The notes beneath the pieces were generated by a model. It ran no database searches and was not told the origin of the DNA. It was given only the letters and a program-made list of their open reading frames with translations. 64,000 bases of DNA from Candidatus Omnitrophota bacterium (GTDB lineage: Bacteria > Omnitrophota > Gorgyraeia > Duberdicusellales > 4484-171), in assembly GCA_016935525.1 (NCBI GenBank), contig JAFGQU010000023.1, positions 897-64,896 of the forward strand. The letters are read 5' to 3'. Positions 1 to 9,275 of the stretch are shown here, one piece after another (position 1 is the first letter of the stretch; each line of letters starts with the position of its first letter). The translations under genes were made by a program, and so were the position numbers.

Positions 1-2
1 AG

Positions 3-245
3 GTGAAAAAAACAAAAAAGAGTGGTAACTTTTACGTATTTGAGATAAAATTTCCTATTACTTATCGTACATATGTCGTCCCGAAAGGGTCAATAGCGAT
101 CGAAGGGATAAGTTTGACGGTAAGTACCGTGACCAGCAGTTTGTTTACCGTAAACGTGATCCCGTACACCTTTGACCATACAACGTTGAACAAAAAGTTT
201 CCCGGCGATTACGTGAATTTAGAGTTCGATTACCTTAAGAAATAG
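3..245 (+). CDS. ribE: riboflavin synthase alpha subunit, C-terminal fragment (5' end lies outside the window)
   Basis: ORF runs to the window edge; GSIAIEGISLTV lumazine-binding repeat and ..VNLEFDYLKK C-terminus typical of RibE/RibC. Confidence 0.7.
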   Translation: MKKTKKSGNFYVFEIKFPITYRTYVVPKGSIAIEGISLTVSTVTSSLFTVNVIPYTFDHTTLNKKFPGDYVNLEFDYLKK

Positions 246-295
246 CGGTTAGACTAGAGACCAGAAACTAGAGACTTTGAAAAGCATTATCATTC

Positions 296-370
296 CGGGA
301 GGTGGCTCAGCTTGGCTAGAGCGCTACGTTCGGGACGTAGAGGCCGGGGGTTCAAATCCCCCCCTCCCGA
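296..370 (+). tRNA. tRNA-Pro (anticodon CGG)
   Basis: Cloverleaf folds by hand: acceptor CGGGAGG/CCTCCCG, D-stem GCTC/GAGC, anticodon stem CTACG/CGTAG with loop TTCGGGA (anticodon CGG), T-stem GGGGG/CCCCC with loop TTCAAAT, discriminator A; anticodon arm identical to E. coli tRNA-Pro(CGG). Confidence 0.9.
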
Positions 371-1023
371 CTGACCATAGCCCTGACGGGCTGTTCTTGA
401 GCATTCCCTTCATCCCTCAAAAATTCGTTCTGTTCCTCAATCAACCTCCTGTTGATTGTCTCGAGAGGCGTTTGTGGTCATTGTCGGGAAGTGATTCTAA
501 TGGTCTTCATAAAGGGGTTCCACCCCTCTCTGATGCTCGGCTTGTGAGATTTTCACAAGAAGAGTAGTCCACCTCGCTCTGTCACTCCCCGAAGATTCCC
601 AGGGAAGATACGCCATGCTGTAATGCCTGACCAAATCTCTCGATACTCTATCCGCTTACCGCTAATCGCTATCCGCTACTCAATGGTCGTCAGTCTCTGG
701 TCTTTGGCTATCATCTCTTGATTACCAAACTATAGACTACAGACCGTAGACTAAAGACTATCTTTCCTCTCACCGCTATACGCTATCCTTCATAAAACAA
801 TATCCTGCCCTCTGCCTTGATTTCGTATGTCTCAATATGTTACATATGTAAGGTTACACCTTTATACATAAAAGTGATGTAACCGCTACGGAACTAAACT
901 CACAATCCGGCACTCTTCGAGAGAGAGAATAAGCGACCCAACGGGAGACCTTGGGGAGATACGTCGTATTCCTTTATACAAAAAAGGGATAACGAGACAT
1001 CAATCCTCGTAAGAAACGTATAC

Positions 1024-1066
1024 AAACCCTAAGGTAACCACGGTTGCTTTAGGGTTTTTGTTTTTT
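1024..1066 (+). terminator. hairpin AAACCCTAAGG..CTTTAGGGTTT followed by TTGTTTTTT; intrinsic-terminator-like
   Basis: Read directly: 11 bp imperfect stem plus T-run, just upstream of the protease gene RBS. Confidence 0.45.
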
Positions 1067-1093
1067 ACAGGATCACGAGAGAAGGAGGGAAAA

Positions 1094-2428
1094 ATGAAAA
1101 AACGAGATGTACTCTTCTGTATATCGGTTATTTTACTTTTTATCATTTCGTGTTTTTTTGCGTATCTGGCCCAGGCCGGGGTCATGAATATGGTGGAACC
1201 GGCATATACCGCTAAAGGGACCACCTCCATGGCGGCGACCGTAAAAGCCGATACGTCGGTATCTACCTGGACGAAACCGAACACTATCGCAAATACTCTG
1301 GCCGGGATAAGTCAACCGGCAAAAACAGATTCTGTCGACAGCGGGAAAGGCGATACGGGAAGCCAGGCTAAAGTACCGGCACCTCAAGGCGGCGGCGGAG
1401 ATACCCCGAAAAACGTCGATCCCGGTAAACCGCAGGAACAACCCCAGCAAGGCGGCGGAACAAATCCTGTTCCTCCCAGCAGTGCACCTCAATCACAGGT
1501 AGTATTAATAGTCTATTTCGATCCATCACTGGACAATCCTCCCAATTCAGGGAACTATCAAGGAGGATCGTTCAGCGGAGGTATTCCCATCGGGCCTTAT
1601 ACAATCCTTACGGCCGGACATTCTGCCTCGATGATGCGGCCCGGAGATCCCCGTTCGGCTTATACGTACGGACCTTATTTCGGATCTAATTTAGGCAGCG
1701 GGATTGCTATGGACGGCGACGTCGATCATATCATTTATGCTCCCGGAAATTTAGATTTAGCTATCGTTGTATTTCGCAGTCCTATCTCCGGTGGTACACC
1801 GGTATCCATTGCTCCGGCGAATTCTCTTCAGCCGGGAGATACGGTACAGGTCTTCTTTGAACAGAATCTTGCTGCCGGATCGACTAATATTCAAGTCGAT
1901 TCTTTAGGACAGGACTCCGCGCCGGCGTATCATGGCGGGATGACTTGGGATAATTACCCGAACGCGTCATTTAGTACCTGGCAGACACCTACGGCAGCGG
2001 GAGATTCCGGATTCCCAGTATTGAACCAGTCCGGACAGGTAGTAGGAGTAGTTCACGGAGAAATAAACTATCCTATAGGAGGTAGTTTTGACCTCTTTAT
2101 GAATGTGACTCAGCCCGCAATAAACCAATGGGTCGTAAATAACGCGAATGCTCAACCAAACAGTCCTCCCCCGTCGAACCCGGCACCGGTGGTAAATACG
2201 GTACCGCAGACGAACAGCGCTCCCGTAACGAATAACGCGTACCAACCGGCAGCCCAGCCGGTCCAGCAGAATTCCGGCGGATCTACCTATACGGTACAGG
2301 CCGGAGACAATCTGTTCCGTATCGCGTTGAATCACGGAACGACGCTCGACGCGTTACGGCAGGCGAACGGATTGGGAGATTCTAACATTATCAATCCGGG
2401 ACAGGTATTGGTCATCCCCGGTTCGTAA
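1094..2428 (+). CDS. secreted trypsin-like (S1 family) serine peptidase with Gly/Pro/Gln-rich linker and C-terminal LysM domain
   Basis: GAAGGAGG RBS 5 nt before the ATG at 1094; N-terminal TM/signal segment; catalytic triad motifs TAGHS, DLAIV, GDSGFP; C-terminal LysM (YTVQAGDNLFRIA..INPGQVLVIPG). Confidence 0.8.
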   Translation: MKKRDVLFCISVILLFIISCFFAYLAQAGVMNMVEPAYTAKGTTSMAATVKADTSVSTWTKPNTIANTLAGISQPAKTDSVDSGKGDTGSQAKVPAPQGGGGDTPKNVDPGKPQEQPQQGGGTNPVPPSSAPQSQVVLIVYFDPSLDNPPNSGNYQGGSFSGGIPIGPYTILTAGHSASMMRPGDPRSAYTYGPYFGSNLGSGIAMDGDVDHIIYAPGNLDLAIVVFRSPISGGTPVSIAPANSLQPGDTVQVFFEQNLAAGSTNIQVDSLGQDSAPAYHGGMTWDNYPNASFSTWQTPTAAGDSGFPVLNQSGQVVGVVHGEINYPIGGSFDLFMNVTQPAINQWVVNNANAQPNSPPPSNPAPVVNTVPQTNSAPVTNNAYQPAAQPVQQNSGGSTYTVQAGDNLFRIALNHGTTLDALRQANGLGDSNIINPGQVLVIPGS

Positions 2429-2485
2429 AAAATAAGCCGAAATCCTCATCATTGACGCAATAGACAGTACTGTTGACATAAATGT

Positions 2486-2677
2486 TCAATGCAAAACCCT
2501 AAGGGCTTTTCCCCTATTGTTTTTCTCATTGCTAAATGTGAATTGCTAATTGACCATTGATAATTTCCTATTCCCCCTAATCGCTGTCCGCTTTTTCACA
2601 TGTGACGTGTGTCGTGCAACGTGTGACTGCCTGCATAGCAGGCATGCGTGTGACTATGTGACCTTGTGTCGTGTGAC
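2486..2677. repeat. composite dispersed repeat, copy 1 (ATCAATGCAAAA / TTGCTAAATGTGAATTGCTAATTGA / CCTATTCCCCCTAATCGCT module followed by inverted GTGTGAC module with TGCCTGCATAGCAGGCA hairpin)
   Basis: Homologous to 6054-6240, 41395-41625 and 61191-61377 by direct comparison. Confidence 0.7.
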
Positions 2678-2749
2678 CTCTATAAAAATAGGTTGTCCTT
2701 GCCATTTTTATCATATAAAATGGTTTAACAATTAAATTAGGGAGATAGC

Positions 2750-3625
2750 ATGAAAATACATTTTAGATTATTGTTCGGTGTTCTGATCACCTTCTTGATC
2801 GCCTCGTTTTCTCTTCTTTACGCCCAGGAAAACATCACGATCACTACCTTCTACCCCTCCCCTTACGGGGTATATAAAGATCTTGAAACCGAAGTCCTGC
2901 ATGTCAATCCCCGCAAGGAACCTCCCTGTGAATGTATCCCTGATAATAACGGGATAATGTATTATCAGGAAGCCGTCGAAGAAAATGATGAAAACGTCTT
3001 CTATTTCTGTAACGGCGAAGAATGGATACCGATAGGATATGAAGAAGAACTGCCCGAAACCGTGCTCGGCGGGTACTATATGGGAGATGCCGAGCAATTT
3101 CTTTATGCGACCGGATCGGGAAATACCCGGATGGAGAATATCTGGCAATACGAAAGTTTCGAAGTTCAGAAATATGACCGTATTTCTCCGTTTAAAGATG
3201 AAGGCCCGTTTTTCGGGATGAAAGCGCAGTTCCGAAACATGCCGCGCGGGAACTATCTGTTTGAATGGTCGGCGGACCTCGATGTCGACCAATATCCCGG
3301 GCCGAAAAACAATATAAACAAAGCGTTACAGGCGTCCGACATGAAAGTGCAGATACGGACCGATTCGGGATGGAAGACGCTGGACAGTAGCGAGATATGT
3401 TATGACGAAGACGATAAAGATCTCCCGACCGACCCGTTATGGACGACGCCCGACACGTATTCTACCCATCATATCGAACGAGCGTTCACCATGACCTATG
3501 CCCGGGCAAACGACAAAAAGAATAAGTTCCGGGCATACCGGATAGTCGTGAATAAAAAACGCGGCGAAAATTATATGCGCGTCCGGGTACGTAACGCGCG
3601 GTTATATATTACTTATTTAGAATAA
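2750..3625 (+). CDS. secreted hypothetical protein (signal peptide, cleavage near LLYA-QEN)
   Basis: GGGAG RBS; hydrophobic N-terminus; no recognisable domain. Confidence 0.55.
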   Translation: MKIHFRLLFGVLITFLIASFSLLYAQENITITTFYPSPYGVYKDLETEVLHVNPRKEPPCECIPDNNGIMYYQEAVEENDENVFYFCNGEEWIPIGYEEELPETVLGGYYMGDAEQFLYATGSGNTRMENIWQYESFEVQKYDRISPFKDEGPFFGMKAQFRNMPRGNYLFEWSADLDVDQYPGPKNNINKALQASDMKVQIRTDSGWKTLDSSEICYDEDDKDLPTDPLWTTPDTYSTHHIERAFTMTYARANDKKNKFRAYRIVVNKKRGENYMRVRVRNARLYITYLE

Positions 3626-3636
3626 ACACAAAGCCC

Positions 3637-4050
3637 ATGGCTGAACCACAGATCACCGACAAATATTCCGATCAGTTACGGTTACTTTCGATATTCCATT
3701 ATATCTTCGGGGCGCTTACGGGCTTTATGTCCTGTATCCCGATAATCCATATCGTATTAGGTATCGTGTTTGTGATGTTCCCCGATAAGATGGTCTCCGA
3801 ATCCGGCGAAACCATGCCTGCGTTTTTCGGCTGGATATTCGTGATCGCCGGGGCCCTCGCGATGGCCGCGGGCTGGGCGTTTTCGGTATGCGCGATACTT
3901 GCCGGCCGGTATCTCGTGCGGCGCAGGAAACATCTGTTCTGTATAATCGTTGCCGCGATAAGCTGTTTATTCTTCCCGTTAGGTACGGTCCTGGGAGTAT
4001 TCACTTTGATCATCATCACCAAACCGGAAGTAAAAGCGTTATTCAACTAA
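3637..4050 (+). CDS. small integral membrane protein (about 4 TM), hypothetical
   Basis: 12 nt after the previous stop; hydrophobic segments throughout. Confidence 0.55.
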   Translation: MAEPQITDKYSDQLRLLSIFHYIFGALTGFMSCIPIIHIVLGIVFVMFPDKMVSESGETMPAFFGWIFVIAGALAMAAGWAFSVCAILAGRYLVRRRKHLFCIIVAAISCLFFPLGTVLGVFTLIIITKPEVKALFN

Positions 4051-4083
4051 ACCTTAACCTTTTTTTATCCTTCAGACTATTCT

Positions 4084-6048
4084 ATGCCTACTGATTTCAA
4101 ACTCGACCCGTTCCAGGAACAGGCTATCCAATCGGCATATGACGGAAAATCCGTGATCGTCTCGGCCCCCACCGGCGCCGGTAAGACCCTGATCGCCGAA
4201 CGGATAATCGAACATTGTTTAGAACATAATCAGGGCGTGATCTATACCGCGCCGATCAAAGCGTTAAGTAACCAGAAGTTCCGTAACTTCTCCGCCCAAT
4301 ATCCCGAAAATACCGGTATCCTTACCGGCGACGTCAGTATCAATCCGCAGGCGCCGATCTTGATCATGACTACGGAAATATTCCGTAACTCGTTACTCAC
4401 CGATCCCGAACGGATGAAAGGGCGTAAATGGGTCATTTTCGATGAGATCCATTATCTCGACGATATCGAGCGCGGTACGGTATGGGAAGAATCGCTTATT
4501 CTCCTGCCTCCCCACATGCATATCCTCGCGTTAAGCGCGACGATCCCGAATATGACCCAGCTGGTAAACTGGATATCGTCTATTCACGAGTTCCCGGTAA
4601 AGACGATCCTGGAAGATAACCGGCCGGTACCATTACATTTCTTTTACCAATGTAATAACGAGTTTTTTTCAAACCTCCACGCCCTGAAAAAATCGCAACA
4701 CCTTCAGGAACAGCTGAAAAACCGCGATTTCAGCCGCCGGCCCCGTAGAGAAGAAGAAAACGAGTCCCGGGTTAAACCGAACCGGCTGAACACGCTCATC
4801 AAACATCTTCAGATCCGTGACGCCCTGCCCTGTATGTATTTCAGTTTTTCCCGCCGGCGGTGCCAGGAATTAGCGAACGATATCCGTTCTTTCAATTTTT
4901 TAACGCATCAGGAACGCGAGGTGATCGAAAAAAAATTCAACGATCTGGTCGATCTGTTCAATATTTCCGGCGACCCGTATGTCGACGAACTGTACCCGCT
5001 CATCCGTCACGGTATCGCCTACCATCATGCCGGGCTGCTGCCCACGATGAAAGAGATCATCGAACGGTTATTCACGACCGGCCTGATCAAATGTATTTTT
5101 ACGACCGAAACCTTCGCCTTAGGCATCAACATGCCGGCCCGTACGGTAGTGTTCGATACGTTATTCAAATATTACGGCCGGTTTTACCGGTACCTGAAAA
5201 CACGGGATTTCTATCAGATCGCCGGCCGTGCCGGCCGGCGCGGCATCGATACTCAGGGAAACATCCAGATCCGTATCGATCCCAACAAAGTGGATATTTC
5301 CACGCTTAACCATATCATCTACGGCGAGTACGAACCGATATCCAGCCAGTTTAACAGCGCGTACGCCACGATCCTTAACCTTTACTCGCTGATGGGAGAA
5401 AAACTGTTCGATATTTATCCGTTATCGTTTCATTTTTACCAATCAAACGATGTCGAAAAGAAACAGGCGTTAAACCTTATGCGCCGTAAACTGAACATCT
5501 TGAAATCGTTAGGGTATATCGTAAAAGGCGGCCTAAGCCAGAAAGCCGAACTTGCCGCGAAAGTGTACAGTTACGAACTGCAGGTCGGCGAACTGTACGC
5601 GCGTAACCATCTGGAAAAACTTGACCCGGAAGAATTGTTTGTCGTGTTATGCTGTCTGGTATACGAACCGCGTAAAGGCGAACGCAAACCAAAACTGAGT
5701 AAACCGGTCCGTAAACTGCAGAAACATCTGCAGATGTTCATGCGCGATATCCATAAAGTCGAACGGTACCACCGGATCTTCCCGCAAAGTAAAGAGTTCT
5801 ATTTCCATATTGCCGAGGCCGCGAGAGCCTGGTTTCACGGTACGGATTTTTTTAAACTCTACAAATATTGCAGTATCGATGAAGGCGAGATCGTCCGGAA
5901 CTTCCGGATGACTCATCAGATGCTGAGAGAGATGAAGTTCTGCGACGTGTTGACCGACGAGTTCAAAGAAAAGATAAAGATCTGCATGAAAAACGTCAAC
6001 CGTGACGTCGTCGACGCCGAAAAACAACTGCGCCAGCCGATCGACTAG
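4084..6048 (+). CDS. Ski2-like superfamily 2 DEAD/DEAH-box helicase (HelY/Mtr4-like core; DSHCT-like C-terminus)
   Basis: Walker A APTGAGKT, DEIH box, SAT, Ski2-signature GIAYHHAGLLPTMKEIIERLFTTGLIKCIFTTETFALGINMPARTVVF, QIAGRAGRRG. Confidence 0.85.
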   Translation: MPTDFKLDPFQEQAIQSAYDGKSVIVSAPTGAGKTLIAERIIEHCLEHNQGVIYTAPIKALSNQKFRNFSAQYPENTGILTGDVSINPQAPILIMTTEIFRNSLLTDPERMKGRKWVIFDEIHYLDDIERGTVWEESLILLPPHMHILALSATIPNMTQLVNWISSIHEFPVKTILEDNRPVPLHFFYQCNNEFFSNLHALKKSQHLQEQLKNRDFSRRPRREEENESRVKPNRLNTLIKHLQIRDALPCMYFSFSRRRCQELANDIRSFNFLTHQEREVIEKKFNDLVDLFNISGDPYVDELYPLIRHGIAYHHAGLLPTMKEIIERLFTTGLIKCIFTTETFALGINMPARTVVFDTLFKYYGRFYRYLKTRDFYQIAGRAGRRGIDTQGNIQIRIDPNKVDISTLNHIIYGEYEPISSQFNSAYATILNLYSLMGEKLFDIYPLSFHFYQSNDVEKKQALNLMRRKLNILKSLGYIVKGGLSQKAELAAKVYSYELQVGELYARNHLEKLDPEELFVVLCCLVYEPRKGERKPKLSKPVRKLQKHLQMFMRDIHKVERYHRIFPQSKEFYFHIAEAARAWFHGTDFFKLYKYCSIDEGEIVRNFRMTHQMLREMKFCDVLTDEFKEKIKICMKNVNRDVVDAEKQLRQPID

Positions 6049-6053
6049 CTCAC

Positions 6054-6240
6054 GTCACACGACACCCGTCACATAGTCACACGTTTAAGATAAATGATCA
6101 ATGCAAAATTAGCATTTAGCAATTATCAATTAGAGCCCTATTTCTCTTATCGTACTTCTCATTGCTAAATGTTAATTGCTAATTGAAAATTGTTAATTTT
6201 CTTTATTCTATCCGCTCACCGCTATACGCTATTCGCTATT
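6054..6240. repeat. composite dispersed repeat, copy 2 (GTCACACGACACCCGTCACATAGTCACACGT + ATCAATGCAAAATTAGCATTTAGCAATTATCA + TTGCTAAATGTTAATTGCTAATTGA + CCGCTATACGCTATTCGCTAT)
   Basis: Direct comparison with the other copies; overlaps the stop codon of the nitroreductase gene. Confidence 0.7.
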
Positions 6241-6751
6241 TGGGCCAGCGTTCTTCAAATACAATCTCTGAAAGAGAGAGACGGGTCTTCTCTTTGGGTG
6301 AGTCGGCCGGATATCCCAGCGTGAGCAGTTCGACTACCCGGACATCTTCGGGAATATCCAGTATTTTTTTCACCTGTTCTTCATAAAAGGCGCCGATCCA
6401 GCAACTCCCTATCCCCTCCTCGATCGCGAGGAGAGTGATATGGTCGATAATGATCGCCAGATCCAGCGGATAGCATTTCTGGCTGCAGGTCATGACATGA
6501 TGGTCGGTGACCGCGCAACAGGCAAGCACGACCGGCGCGCCGGCTACAAACTGCTGGTTACGGGCGGCCTCGGCCAATTTCATCTTTTTCGTGTTATCCC
6601 GCACCGCGACAAACCGCCATTCCTGCCGGTTCGATGCCGACGGAGCCAACCGCGCGGTATCCAGTATTTTTTTAAGCACGGTTTCTTCGATATCCCGCCC
6701 GCTATAGGCCCGTACGCTTCTTCTTTGTATTACGGCATCAGTTACGTTCAT
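6236..6751 (-). CDS. nitroreductase family protein
   Basis: RRSVRAY..LAPSASNRQEW motif typical of NADH/FMN nitroreductases. Confidence 0.8.
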   Translation of the reverse strand: MNVTDAVIQRRSVRAYSGRDIEETVLKKILDTARLAPSASNRQEWRFVAVRDNTKKMKLAEAARNQQFVAGAPVVLACCAVTDHHVMTCSQKCYPLDLAIIIDHITLLAIEEGIGSCWIGAFYEEQVKKILDIPEDVRVVELLTLGYPADSPKEKTRLSLSEIVFEERWPK

Positions 6752-6774
6752 TATTTCATTCTCCTTATTTTCAG

Positions 6775-6835
6775 GTCACACGACACACGTGTTTTTTTCT
6801 TTACTTGTGACATGTGACCTTGTGACTTTGTGACC
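6775..6835. repeat. GTCACACGACAC / GTGAC-rich module (solo copy) in the glgC-nitroreductase intercistronic spacer
   Basis: GTCACACGACACACGTG followed by T7 then GTGACATGTGACCTTGTGACTTTGTGACC. Confidence 0.6.
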
Positions 6836-6848
6836 TTTACTTCTGTAA

Positions 6849-8066
6849 TCAGAAGTAGTATGATTTCCGTGAGCCGCGGCGAACAACGACTATGCCGGAC
6901 GGGTCCTGATGATACGGCCCGCACCCGGCGGTGCCGCCGATATGGGTACCTTTCTCGATAGTATTGAACCGGTCGACTATGGTACGGGTGATTTTAGATG
7001 CCGCTCCGATATGGGTAAAATCAAGGATGATCGAATCTTCGATATGACAACCGGGCTCTATCGTGACCGACCGGCCGAGAATAGAATTTTTTACCGTTGA
7101 CGATACGATCTTTGAACCTTCACAGATCATCGAGTTGGTTATATTCGAGTTATCGATCAATGCCGGCGGACAATGAAGCCGTACCCCGTAGATCGGCCAG
7201 TCCCGGTTATTCAGGTCCAGCCGCGGTTCTCCCGTTAAAAGGTCCATATGCGCTTTCCAGTAACTTTCGATCGTTCCGACATCTTTCCAATAAAAACGTT
7301 CTTCATAAGGTTTCAGCCCGGGGATAAGGTTACAAGAACAATCATACGCGTATATGTTCGCTCCTCTTTTCAGGAGCGCCGGGATCACGTCTTTTCCGAA
7401 ATCGTGCGAGGTCTCTTTATGCGCGTTTTCTTCCAATGCCTGGACCAGGACATCGGTATTGAAAATATAGTTTCCCATCGATACGTAAAAATTCCCTTCA
7501 CCCAATTTTTCGGGCTTCTCTTTAAAACTTATCACTTGGGCCTTACGGTCGGTTTCCAGGACCCCGAAATGGCGTTCTTCGCCTTTGGTCAGGGGAACCG
7601 TCGCGATGGTAAGGTCCGCCCGGCGGGCATAATGAGATTCGATCATTTGACGGATATCCATACGGTACACGTGGTCGCCGCTGAATACCGCGACGATCGT
7701 CGGTTTGAAATCGTAGATAAGGTTGATGTTCTGGTATACCGAATCGGCGGTACCGCGGTACCATTCTTTTACATCTTCCATCCTCATCTGCGGCGGGACG
7801 ACGGTTAAAAAATGTTTTGACGGCATACCCGCGACACTCCAGGCGGTACGGATATGTTCGATTAACGATTGCGATTTATACTGTACCAGAAGATAGATGG
7901 AATAGATCCCGGAATTCACGAAATTACTTAACGCGAAATCGATGATCCGGTATTTACCGCCGAACGGAACCGACGGTTTGGTGCGTTCGGCCGTGAGCGG
8001 GTCAAGACGGGTACCTTTGCCTCCGGCAAGGACTAACGCGAGGATGTTACTTTCAGGAATGTTCAT
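6849..8066 (-). CDS. glgC: glucose-1-phosphate adenylyltransferase
   Basis: LAGGKGTRL..PFGGKYRIIDF and full-length GlgC architecture. Confidence 0.9.
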   Translation of the reverse strand: MNIPESNILALVLAGGKGTRLDPLTAERTKPSVPFGGKYRIIDFALSNFVNSGIYSIYLLVQYKSQSLIEHIRTAWSVAGMPSKHFLTVVPPQMRMEDVKEWYRGTADSVYQNINLIYDFKPTIVAVFSGDHVYRMDIRQMIESHYARRADLTIATVPLTKGEERHFGVLETDRKAQVISFKEKPEKLGEGNFYVSMGNYIFNTDVLVQALEENAHKETSHDFGKDVIPALLKRGANIYAYDCSCNLIPGLKPYEERFYWKDVGTIESYWKAHMDLLTGEPRLDLNNRDWPIYGVRLHCPPALIDNSNITNSMICEGSKIVSSTVKNSILGRSVTIEPGCHIEDSIILDFTHIGAASKITRTIVDRFNTIEKGTHIGGTAGCGPYHQDPSGIVVVRRGSRKSYYF

Positions 8067-8074
8067 AAAAAGGT

Positions 8075-9262
8075 TTACAACTCCCGGATCTCTCCGGCTT
8101 TTACCAACGCGACTTTAGTGATCCACGGCCCGATAAGTTCAAACAGTACCGTCGTAGCTATTGTAACATTTAATATCTGGTCACCCCAGACATTATTTAG
8201 ATTATGTTTGGCGACCAGGGCGCAGGCGATCGCCACACCCGCCTGAGGCAAAAGCGCGATACCCATATACCGCTGCATGATGCCACCGGAACCGGCGGCC
8301 TTGGCTCCGATAAACGCGCCGAATATTTTACCGAACGTACGCAAAAGAATAAACGCCGCCGAGATCCCGAGCGCGACGCCTATCCCTTTAAAACTTAACC
8401 CCACGCCCGCAAGCACAAAGAAGATGATATAGAAGGGCGAATCGACCTCGCGTAACGATTCGAAAAAAGTAAAACTCATCTTATTGGTATTGGCCAGTGT
8501 CGCTCCGAACACCATACAGGATAACAGTACCGAAAGGTGCAGGGTGATCGCGATACCGATGGTAAGAAACAGAAACGCGAACGTATAGATCAGGCGGTCT
8601 TTCGCGCTGTTAATCAGATGAGAGATCCGGTTAAACAATAATGTCGCAGATAACCCCACCAGAGCTGACGCGATAATATCAAAAAACGCTTTACCCAGGT
8701 CCGTAAATATCCCGATAAACGACGGAACTCCGCCTAACAGCGACGTCGCCATCGAAAGTGAAAATCCGAATATGATCAGGCCCCAGGCATCGTCGATCGC
8801 GACGACTCCCAGTAACGTATCGGTAAATTCCCCTTTACTGCGGTATTCCTGCGCGACGGTAACGGTACCGGCCGGATCGGTGGATGAGGCGATGGCGCCA
8901 TAGACCAAAGCTACGGCAAACGGGAGACGGAAAAAATACCATAACCCGACAGTCACCAGTACCCAGGGGACCAGCGACGCGTTGATCGAGATGTTCACGA
9001 CGGAGCGGCCGACTTGCCGGATATTTCCCAGATAAAAGCTTTCACCCAGGATAAACGCGATCATTCCCAGCACTATATCCGAAAATACTTCCGACGCGCT
9101 TAAAAGTTCGCCGGAGATAATATTGAACAGGTCCGGAGAAAGCAGGATGCCTAACGCCACGTACGCGGTGATCGACGGGATCTTGAATTTCCTGACGAAT
9201 CGCCCGCCGAAAAACCCGGCGATAAATATGACCCCCAGACTCAAAATAGGATCATGTATCAT
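8075..9262 (-). CDS. cation:proton antiporter (CPA family Na+/H+ exchanger)
   Basis: Polytopic membrane protein with NhaP/Kef-like motifs; start moved to internal ATG (MIHDPILS) to avoid overlapping the CBS gene. Confidence 0.7.
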   Translation of the reverse strand: MIHDPILSLGVIFIAGFFGGRFVRKFKIPSITAYVALGILLSPDLFNIISGELLSASEVFSDIVLGMIAFILGESFYLGNIRQVGRSVVNISINASLVPWVLVTVGLWYFFRLPFAVALVYGAIASSTDPAGTVTVAQEYRSKGEFTDTLLGVVAIDDAWGLIIFGFSLSMATSLLGGVPSFIGIFTDLGKAFFDIIASALVGLSATLLFNRISHLINSAKDRLIYTFAFLFLTIGIAITLHLSVLLSCMVFGATLANTNKMSFTFFESLREVDSPFYIIFFVLAGVGLSFKGIGVALGISAAFILLRTFGKIFGAFIGAKAAGSGGIMQRYMGIALLPQAGVAIACALVAKHNLNNVWGDQILNVTIATTVLFELIGPWITKVALVKAGEIREL

Positions 9263-9275
9263 ATCTTGCTCAACG

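Noticed and set aside
277-567. 96 aa ORF overlapping the tRNA-Pro gene
   Set aside because: It runs straight through a well-folded tRNA; the translation is low complexity (GGGSNPPLP); spurious.
1000-2335. Minus-strand ORFs 1000-1284, 1133-1492 and 1967-2335 inside the protease gene
   Set aside because: They are antisense to a well-supported CDS with clear catalytic motifs and translate to Arg/Cys-rich low-complexity sequence; spurious.
2597-2690. GTGTGAC repeat blocks as a possible CRISPR array
   Set aside because: The repeat units are 6-12 bp with irregular spacing; there are no spacer-sized unique segments and no cas genes in the window.
2550-2735. 61 aa Cys-rich ORF (CDVCRATCDC..)
   Set aside because: It is simply the translation of the GTGTGAC tandem repeat block, not a real Cys-rich protein.
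4084-6048. Helicase as HamB of a Hachiman defence system
   Set aside because: The upstream partners are a signal-peptide protein and a polytopic membrane protein, not a cytoplasmic DUF1837/HamA-like protein; the helicase carries an Mtr4/Ski2 DSHCT-like tail, more consistent with HelY-type RNA helicases.
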